A program made the translations under genes and the position numbers. DNA of 17,622 nt from Ginkgo biloba (lineage: Eukaryota; Plantae; Ginkgophyta), in assembly GCA_024626585.2 (NCBI GenBank), contig JANKJI020000004.1, positions 168,301,339-168,318,960 on the forward strand, in the 5' to 3' direction. The notes under the pieces were generated by a model. The model did no database searches, was not told the DNA's origin, and was given only the letters and a program-made list of their open reading frames with translations. This document shows positions 9,941 to 17,622 of the stretch, in pieces; the first letter of the stretch is position 1; each line of letters starts with the position of its first letter.

Positions 9941-11141
9941 AATGAGTCTTGATGATAATTTCAACAATTTGTCTTAATGAAAATAAACATTAATGAATGT
10001 AGATTGATAATCCTGATTGATGGAGGGATGAGCTATGCGCTCTGCTAGGGTTTCTCTAACAAGGGAGGCATTTCTCTTCCAGGGTGATGGCAGCCTGCAC
10101 TTGCCTTTAACCCTTCTCGAGTTCAAACCAACAGTTGGAGGAGACCAAGGTCTGGCAACATGCAAGGGGGGAGAGGTTCTCTATCGTTCTAGAAGTCGAC
10201 GATTCTGGTGGGTAGCTTGGATTCATTTTCTTTGTGTACATTGTTTTTTGTTGATTACAGATCTTGCTTGGGGTTGCGTCTTAGTTTTGAAGGGACCTCT
10301 ATGCCTGTTTTGGGTTTTGTCTTCCGAACAATATTGTTGGCCTGCCTCTTCACTTATGGGTGGCTTTCTCATGGGAGAGCATTGTATGATGGTGGGTAGT
10401 TGTATGCTAGTGCACTATGTCGTGTTATCTCCTAGCCTGAGCCTTGTTCTACAGGTGGTGCATTCAAATGGTGGCATCTTGTGGCTCGTCTTTGTGGGAC
10501 AACTTTAGCTCCTGGTGCAGGTCGTGTTATTTTGGAGGTTTCTCGATGGCTCCTCTGCCATTGTGACCGTGCAGTTTAATTATGTGGATGGCTTATTTCC
10601 TCCCTATGGGAATCCATTTATTGTAGTCATGGGTTCTTGTGGATTTATGACTTCAGTTTCACCGGTGGAGCTACATGGAGGGGCCTATGACGCCTCTCAT
10701 TTTCTAGTAATGGTTTGGCTTGTTCTATCTGAGGTTCACCAGTGACTTGTTCCATCTAAGGCAGAGTGTCTTATTTTGTGTTGCGTCTTTGGTGCCCTAC
10801 GTGGTATCCATTAGCATAGTCTATTGAACTTTATTATAACCTTAAGCATTAGAATCCTGCATGGTTCGATTAGGGTTTGAAATACTTTATCCTATGGTTG
10901 GTTTGTATTTTAGTTTCGTGCATGGTGTCTGAGATATCTCGTTTGGAACCTTGTGTGGTTGGTTTCGATTCTTATTATCTCCAGTGCTAGGAAGGTACCT
11001 CACTCCTAGGGTTTATTATGGTTGAGGATGCCTGGTCTTAANNNNNNNNNNNNNNNNNNNNNNNNNNNNNNNNNNNNNNNNNNNNNNNNNNNNNNNNNNN
11101 NNNNNNNNNNNNNNNNNNNNNNNNNNNNNNNNNNNNNNNNN

Positions 11142-12463
11142 TCATAAAGAGTGGAATCATCCTTTTTTACCACTTGTGGAGGGGAATTGGCTTAGTCCAA
11201 GTCACGACCCTACATTTCTAGTGAATTAACTAGGGAGCAAGTTTGCTTTCTAGCTTAACCTACCATTCGTGTTAGGTTCCATTGGGTAAGTCCTAGGTGT
11301 TTATGAATTAATTCCATCCCCAATATTGTTAAGCACTATCCATTGGGCTAAGACACTCTATAATTACATAGCAAAACCCTTCGACACCTCCTCATAGTCC
11401 CCATATTCCATTATCGATTTAGAGGAGGACCATACCTTTGCCTCATTCCCACACATATATAATTATGGATCAATTATTTGCTTCTCATTCTTCCTAATTA
11501 TTAAACACACACCAATCAAGGTGTATACAAGGGTTGTCGCTTGAACACACTAGTCTAGAAAGAGGAAGAAGGAGAAGACACTCATTACTGCCTAGCCCTC
11601 ACTATATGCATAGGGGCTTCACTTCAATGGATAACTTTCCACCTACACATAGAACATAAATTAATATGCCTCATCTATCCATAGGTGAGTATTACATGGA
11701 TGCTCTTTATATTGAAGACTTTCTTTATAGGAGAAGTGCACACCATCCTAATGTTAGTACAATTGAAATTGACACATCAATCCCAACAAATGTCCACATC
11801 ACTCAACATGACACCTACTTGCCATATGTTCATGACACTGTTCAACCCACACACCCCTCTTCACAAGGTCTAGTTAGCATACATGACCAACTAATGGCCC
11901 CTTCTCAAGGGGTAGAGGTTGGCTAACCAAATGTGAAACCATCTATATGACACACAAACACCTTATTTGGGCTACCCATATGACCAAAGGTAAAAGTCAT
12001 CAGTCTACACACCCTTACACATGGCACAAATATCAACTGCAATACACAAGACTTAACGCAACACCTCCAACATATGATGCTTGAAAATACATCTCAACAT
12101 TTTGGAGGTATAAATCATCAAACACAATTTGTATCCACTTCACAAATTCCATATAATGCACATCAAGTATTACATTAACAAAAAAGTATACCCATGTACA
12201 ATACATACATAATTGTGAATACTTTTGCAAAATAAAAGTCACAACATTTTATGGGGATCACACCTTATCCAAAGTAATAACAATAATCATATGGATCTAC
12301 ATATGTACCCCATACACAATCAATCCTTTTATAGTAATCCATTTCCAACAAATACACTCTATTGATATTTCGATAATATCAACAATAACAAGCACCACCA
12401 CCATTCTACCAATATCTTGGTAGAATGTGTTTCCATGTGGCCAACCCCACACCTACAAGCTAG
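11142..12463 (+). mobile_element. Ogre/Tat-like gypsy relic: 5' LTR end, decayed PBS and internal leader/degenerate ORF
   Basis: LTR-like end ...GACCCTACA at 11214, followed by TAGTGAATTAACTAGGGA (11219-11236). This is 12/18 identical to the tRNA-Arg-type PBS TGGCGACTCCACTGGGGA recalled for Ogre elements, and four of the six changes are transitions. Downstream DNA is C/A-skewed with broken P/H/T/Q/S-rich frames. Confidence 0.45.
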
Positions 12464-12495
12464 NNNNNNNNNNNNNNNNNNNNNNNNNNNNNNNN

Positions 12496-12517
12496 ATATA
12501 TATATATATATATATAT
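12496..12517. repeat. (AT)n microsatellite at a gap edge
   Basis: atatatatatatatatatatat directly after a 32-N gap. Confidence 0.95.
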
Positions 12518-12603
12518 TTTTGTTTGTGTTGAAACTCAAACCAAATCATCTCTTCAATTTTAGTCAACTCAATTCACTTCCACAAATGTAAGTCGCCAAA
12601 ATC

Positions 12604-12776
12604 ATTAAAAAACATCTTCTCTTGAAAACGTGGGGTTGGTGGATTTTTTATTGAAAAAAATGGACCTCCAACTGTTTAGGAGCGGATTAAAAAACATCTT
12701 TTCTTGAAAAACGTGGGTTTGGTGGATTTTTTATTGAAAAACATGGACCTGTTATGGAAAAAAATGGACCTGTTAT
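12604..12776 (+). repeat. ~64-bp direct repeat (two copies plus a partial third) upstream of CLC, each full copy with ACGTGG
   Basis: attaaaaaacatctt(c/t)tcttgaaaa(a)cgtggg(g/t)ttggtggattttttattgaaaaa(a/c)atggacct at 12604-12667 and 12686-12750, with a partial ttatggaaaaaaatggacctgttat after it. Confidence 0.85.
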
Positions 12777-12990
12777 TGGGGACGAGGGAAAGTTATTTTG
12801 GAAAACAATGATTGAATAGCTACATTTTTCTTCCTTCTCCATTTCTCACATTTGGATAATGAAATAAGTACTGCTGTAATATAGCTATACTGAAAAGTAT
12901 CACTGTAAAGAACCATGATTATGCTATTACATTTGCTGAACAGCAGCTACTGGGAAAAATCAGGAAGCCCCTTGCATGGACCTCCCTAAA

Positions 12991-13002
12991 AGAGAGAGAG
13001 AG
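12991..13002 (+). promoter_or_regulatory. (AG)6 GAGA element near the presumed CLC transcription start
   Basis: agagagagagag lies ~600 bp upstream of the ATG and just before a candidate 5'UTR donor AAG|GTATCC at 13090. GA repeats are BBR/BPC sites in plants, but function here is inferred. Confidence 0.35.
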
Positions 13003-13404
13003 CAAGGCCGAAACTGTTCATCAAATTAGAGAGGGCCGAATTCATCCTCGTCGATTCAAAGAATTTTACCCAAACGATCGATCCGGAAGGTATCCCGAAT
13101 AATTCAGAGGATATGCATGAATTTGAATTTGTGAGAAAGTTTGAGTCGTGTAGGTCATAACTAGCGTTTTATTTTTAATTAAAAGAAAATTGTGTGCGGA
13201 CTGTTGTACCGTTTCCCCCCATTGTGTAGAATTTGATTCTCAGCGTTTTTCTAATCCTAGCGAGCCCGACAATTGCTTGGTTTTGACGTGTGTGAATTGG
13301 ATGGCTCATGCGGTGACTGATTCGTTCGTTTTCTTCCTCTGCAGAGTCGGCTCTGAATGGCATTTTTGAGGTACAGTTTGGACCACCATTGGAGATGGGT
13401 GGCC

Positions 13405-13606
13405 TTTGTTCTTGTTCTTACTTTTCACAGGTGTAAACGAATGTAAAAGAAAATCAAGCTCTGAGGATCTGCAGTAGAAGAAAAAGCCAGAGTGCAATGG
13501 AAGGCTTTGTTCTTGTTCGTATTCTTCCCAGGTGTAAAAGAATGTAAAAGAAAATCAAGCTCTGAGGATCTGCGGTAGAAGAAAAAGCCAGAGTGCAATG
13601 GAAGGC
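13405..13606 (+). repeat. 101-bp tandem duplication covering a 3' splice acceptor, the 5'UTR and the CLC start codon
   Basis: Copy 1 is 13405-13505 and copy 2 is 13506-13606, with 6 mismatches. Each has a polypyrimidine tract and CAG|GTGT (13430, 13531) and ends GCAATGGAAGGC (ATG at 13497 and 13598). Confidence 0.95.
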
Positions 13607-13773
13607 GAGGTAAGGGATATTGAAAGCGACGAATTAGCCCATGTCGAGAATGACTTACACGAACCTCTTCTTAGGCACAGGCCAGGAAGATTAAGTGGTT
13701 CTATGGCAACCGGTGCATCACAGTTAGCAATTGTGGGCGCCAATGTCTGTCCCGTTGAGAGCTTAGACTACGA
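13598..13773 (+). CDS. CLC-c: Chloride channel CLC-c/g-type, coding exon 1
   Basis: MEGEVRDIES...EPLL...SQLAIVGANVCPVESLDY(E), the plant CLC N-terminal signature. Donor GA|GTATGT at 13774 (phase 2). Confidence 0.92.
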
Positions 13774-13969
13774 GTATGTTTCCCTCTGAACAAAACAATC
13801 TCTGTAATTCGGTTGTGGGATCTGTGTCATGTTCATCCCATTACAGCAATCAATTTTTGGATTTTATTTTATCCGAGAGGAAAAAAAAATTAATTTCTGG
13901 ATTTGTTTCTGTATTTAGGATTACTGGATCCCAAAACTTTATATAAGTTTCTGATTTTTGGGTATGCAG

Positions 13970-14170
13970 AATTATTGAAAATGATCTCTTCAAACAAGAT
14001 TGGAGAAGCAGAACCAGAATTCAAATCTTCCAGTACATCGTGCTGAAATGGGCTCTTGCGTTTTTGATAGGCATTTCAACTGGGCTTGTTGGGTTCTTCA
14101 ACAATCTAGCTGTTGAGAACATAGCCGGCTCTAAATTAGTGGTCACCTCCTCATATATGCTGCAACGAAG
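13970..14170 (+). CDS. CLC-c: Chloride channel CLC-c/g-type, coding exon 2
   Basis: Acceptor TGCAG at 13969. Reads (E)IIENDLFKQDWRSRTRIQIFQYIVLKWALAFLIGISTGLVGFFNNLAVENIAGSKLVVTSSYMLQR(R). Donor AG|GTATGT at 14171; 201 bp keeps the phase. Confidence 0.95.
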
Positions 14171-14422
14171 GTATGTATCTGCCCACCAATCCTGCTCCAT
14201 CGGTTAAGACTAGGCTTTACTCTGTATTTATGTCCGAAAATATACCATTCAGACTATGTACGTCTCTCCGGAATTAATCAGCATTTTTTCCCTAACGTAC
14301 TGTGATTCAATGTAATGACTTGACTAATATTGATGGAATGGTTTTTGAAATAGGAGGTTAGAATATGGCAGTGATTTTTAGTTACGGGGAATTGTCTGAT
14401 GACCTTATCGGTATACTTGCAG

Positions 14423-14600
14423 GTTTGCACTTGCCTTTGTAGTTTATGCAGGCTCTAATTTGGGTTTGGCTGTAATGTCAGCACTACTGTGTGCTTACAT
14501 TGCTCCGGCAGCAGCTGGATCTGGTATACCAGAAGTTAAGGCTTACCTTAATGGAGTGGATGCCCCTGCCATTCTGGCTCCTAGCACCCTATTTGTGAAG
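14423..14600 (+). CDS. CLC-c: Chloride channel CLC-c/g-type, coding exon 3 (GSGIPE selectivity motif)
   Basis: Acceptor TTGCAG at 14422. Reads (R)FALAFVVYAGSNLGLAVMSALLCAYIAPAAAGSGIPEVKAYLNGVDAPAILAPSTLFVK. Donor AAG|GTATGC at 14601. Ser in GSGIP indicates the Cl-preferring clade, versus GPGIP in nitrate-type CLC-a/b. Later exons are not in the window. Confidence 0.95.
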
Positions 14601-15958
14601 GTATGCATAACATTATTAATGACATCTGTATTCATGGATAGAACGTCTGGCTATGTCTCAGGACACAACTTATGATGGTTCTCTTGCATTTTAGAAGCAC
14701 ACTAGAATTGAACTATTAAAAATCTCTTATGCAGCCTGTCTGTTTTGTATGGGAAAAAAGGGATGTTATTAAGAAACAGGTTATGCAGCGAAAAAAATAT
14801 GCTTAGTTAATAATATCCTTATTGATGCCCTTGTTTCTGGATATTGAAATAGTAGGTTGCTGTGCACATCATTGCTATTTAAGAATCTGGATATAATTTT
14901 AGTTGTGCATTACTTTTGGAAATTCATGATGTCTGATAAATAGTTTAATGTCACACCTTGGATATGGATCTGACGACAATTGTCATGACCAACACCCACC
15001 AAGTTCTTACAGATTGTCATGTTAATATTGTTTTGAGTAATATCATGCCATATGCTGAATTTCTCTAGGCTAGTTTCTACATTTAAGCAGTTCATTGACG
15101 TTTTGATCCTTTTAGGGTTCGACGTAGAGAATCTTCCCATTCTGTCATGCTAAGATTAATTTCAGCAGCCCAATGTCAAATTAGTCTATGCTTATTATTT
15201 ATTAATGATCGTTGTTGGTTTTAAACATGTTATGTATTGAATATTGATTATAAACCTTTAGAGAAGATTAAAATATTATCTAATTTGATAGAAAAAGGGC
15301 TAATGTAAAAATAACTTTTCTTTATTCAAGTGTAATGTTTAAAAAGAAATTTTCAATTAAAATAACACTCCACCCTTCAATCTTGATCCATGCTCTCTAG
15401 TATTAATCCATATTCTAAATACTCTAAGCTACATTCATTTATTAAAATCAAGAATAAAAGATACTATTATTGGTAGAAGTTATTAGTGGAGAAACATTAT
15501 ACTTTTTTTCATGTACTTTTACAATGGAGATGCATTGTAGCCCCCCTTGGATCTACTTTTAATACTTATATTTAAAAGTCCCATTGACTTCTACTCATGC
15601 CATTTTCTATTTAATAACCTTTTTGAAGGCAAATGTTGTGTGATTGAAGAACAAGTTGACTATGAATATTTACTATCTATAAACAACATTAGTTTCAAGC
15701 ATTATGGAATCACTAGTGTTGTTGCTTGCTAGGACCTTAATCAAAGAGCATAAATTTACTACTATTGAGCCAAGGATATTAAATATAATAATGTACTCAC
15801 CTAAAGGTGATGTGAACCAAGCCAGTGGCTTGCGTCGAGTTGGACAACACACTTCCTTCCCTCCATTTGATGGATAAAACAGTGTGTCAAAACTAAACTT
15901 CATATATAGAGACGATATATACAGGCACATAATAAAGAGAGTGGGTGAGGAAAGAGGA

Positions 15959-16444
15959 TCAGTGGGGGCAGAAAGTGACAACATAGTCGGCTCCAGAGCA
16001 CGTGAGGAGACTGGTGGGATCGTCGAAGGCGTAGCTGTATGCTCTTGGGCAAGCGCTCTTGAATGCTCTCGAGTACAGGCTGGCCTTGCATGTGTTTGGA
16101 TTGGCATATGTGCCAGTGCAGCAATACTCGGGAGATTTGAAGGCAAAACAAGCACTCTTGCAGGCCACCACTCGGCCCTCGCTACTCTTCACCTGCAATC
16201 CAGGTGGACAGCTTTCATTCAGGTCTGTGACACACCCGGCAAAACCGCAATTGCCGGATCCTCCACGTGGACAAATGGAAATCGGCAGATTGTAACCATC
16301 CACCAGGCTCACATCGTAGAAGTCCTGCTGGCTTGGGCTTTCGCTTTGGCTTGGGCTTCCCAGAGTGATCTCCACCAGCGTGGCAGGGGGAGCGCCTCCG
16401 GCACCGTTGCAATAGAAGCCTCCGCAGTCCCCCGTGGAGCATGA
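15959..16444 (-). CDS. TLP: Thaumatin-like protein (PR-5 family), 5' part lost in the gap
   Basis: Frame is open from the gap edge: SCSTGDCGGFYCNGAGGAPPATLVEITLG...DFYDVSLVDGYNLP...CVTDLNESCP...ACKSACFAFKSPEYCCTG...FKSACPRAYSYAFDDPTSLLTCSGADYVVTFCPH*. Conserved thaumatin cysteines and the visible acidic-cleft E/D residues are present. Confidence 0.96.
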   Translation of the reverse strand, partial: SCSTGDCGGFYCNGAGGAPPATLVEITLGSPSQSESPSQQDFYDVSLVDGYNLPISICPRGGSGNCGFAGCVTDLNESCPPGLQVKSSEGRVVACKSACFAFKSPEYCCTGTYANPNTCKASLYSRAFKSACPRAYSYAFDDPTSLLTCSGADYVVTFCPH

Positions 16445-17622
16445 NNNNNNNNNNNNNNNNNNNNNNNNNNNNNNNNNNNNNNNNNNNNNNNNNNNNNNNN
16501 NNNNNNNNNNNNNNNNNNNNNNNNNNNNNNNNNNNNNNNNNNNNCTATCATTATACCAACTCCCCTCACTCTTTAGATCCTATTGGAATGGTGTCTAAAG
16601 AACTTTCAAGTAGTCACCTCACATTTTGGGATTGACCTGACTATGATAAGAGTTAACTAGTTGACATCATTAAAGAAATTGAAGGAGAAAGGGAAGAATT
16701 ATCAAAATCAATAATTAATATTATAGAGGATCTATTACTACCAAGTCACTTGGAACCTTATAAATAGTTTAGCTATTGAATTGACTTTGGGAGTTAGAAA
16801 GATGGGGGATGAGCTTAAAGTTTAAGAGAACATGTTGAAGAAATAAAATAATGATTTGAAGGAAAAGTCAAATATCTTGATTGGTGACATTTTTTGCAAC
16901 TCCCTATTGTACCCCTTGGGCCTATGCTTACTATCGTGGATAGCCATTAAGATATATGGAGGTGTTGGCAACCATTTGGAATGCCTTTGCAAGTGATTGT
17001 TGGGTAGCAATAGATGATCAAGTGGCCTCGACAATGTTGAACCCCTATGGGGAGAAGAAGGATGAAGTAATCCATGAACTAAAGGTTGACTCAAATTCTC
17101 TCAATGACGTAAAAACATACAACATTACTCGATTTTCCACCCTCTTAAATAAAATAGGTGATCGAAAACATTTAATGGCATGGGTGGGAAAGAGAGACAA
17201 AGAGGCAAATCATACTCTCTAAGATATGATTGAGTTGGATGGGTCTTCATCCAATTAAGATTCCTCCATGCTTAGTATCATGGTTGATCTAGATGAGTTG
17301 ATAAGAAACCTATTGCAAGTGGCTCTTAGCCTACAACAAGAAGAACTTAGTCATGACTAGGTCTTAAAGCTTGGACAATACATTTGCAATTGAAGGATTG
17401 GACATCTCCACTAGAGATAACAACCATTTCTTAGGAAGCACTCCTAGAATCCTAGAGAATTTACTTCACTCTAAGTGAAGAAGAAAATATTATTTAGGGA
17501 GTGTAGCATGCAAATAAATTCAATCGTGTAGTCTTAATTTCCTAGCCCTCGCCATCTCAACTTCCATTGTAATAGTAAGAAGGACATGTATAAACTCTCT
17601 CTAAATTGGAGGTCACATAACC

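Larger units (their letters stand above)
1936..16544. other. Assembly gaps: seven 100-N spacers (1936-2035, 3570-3669, 4686-4785, 6949-7048, 9528-9627, 11042-11141, 16445-16544), plus a 32-N gap (12464-12495) and a 10-N gap just left of this span (1690-1699)
   Basis: Read directly from the sequence. Exact 100-N runs are the convention for gaps of unknown size. Confidence 0.97.

Noticed and set aside
9756-11014. Isolated AACCCTAA / TAGGGTTT telomere-like motifs
   Set aside because: Single scattered copies are common in plant TEs; there is no tandem telomeric array.
10035-11041. 157-aa hydrophobic ORF and neighbours
   Set aside because: G/T-skewed composition yields L/V/C/W/G-rich pseudo-ORFs. 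No family is recognised; it is likely repeat-derived but I cannot classify it.
15766-15777. TGAGCCAAGGAT matching the 5' end of miR169
   Set aside because: Only 12 nt match, the 3' half diverges, and no star arm or hairpin is evident.
15673-16444. Long ORFs overlapping the TLP (15884-16444 +, 186 aa; 15673-16155 -, 160 aa; and others)
   Set aside because: Antisense or alternate-frame shadows of a GC-rich coding exon, with no recognisable motifs.
16545-17622. ORFs 16822-17094 and 16956-17222
   Set aside because: They look like a decayed coding-like tract with broken frames, possibly TE-derived, but carry no identifiable motif. They are neither the TLP N-terminus nor CLC exon 4.

Overview
AT-rich land-plant genomic DNA, plausibly a gymnosperm (inferred from TE style and composition). 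It is a mosaic of 1-5 kb contigs joined by seven exact 100-N gaps, so neighbourhoods across gaps are unreliable. Three host-gene pieces are recognisable: (i) the promoter, 5'UTR and first three coding exons of a CLC-c/g-type chloride channel (+, 13598-14600, GSGIP filter); (ii) the C-terminal ~160 aa of a thaumatin-like protein (PR-5) on the - strand (15959-16444), contiguous with and 1.36 kb downstream of the CLC exon-3 donor, so apparently nested antisense in CLC intron 3; (iii) an intact 3' exon of an RTE1-family ethylene-signalling gene (-, 3837-4274) whose 5' end is fused directly to a decayed Ty3/gypsy RNase H region. The rest is mostly TE relics: an internally deleted Ty1/copia with PPT and 3' LTR, an Ogre/Tat-like LTR-PBS junction, another LTR, a 22-bp palindromic minisatellite and possible SINE heads. 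The most notable items are a 101-bp tandem duplication of the CLC splice acceptor, 5'UTR and start codon (creating a uORF and doubling an AUG-UAA minimal uORF), the gypsy-RTE1 chimera and the CLC/TLP antisense nesting. No CRISPR, rRNA or intact tRNA was found, and I see no clear new multi-gene system.
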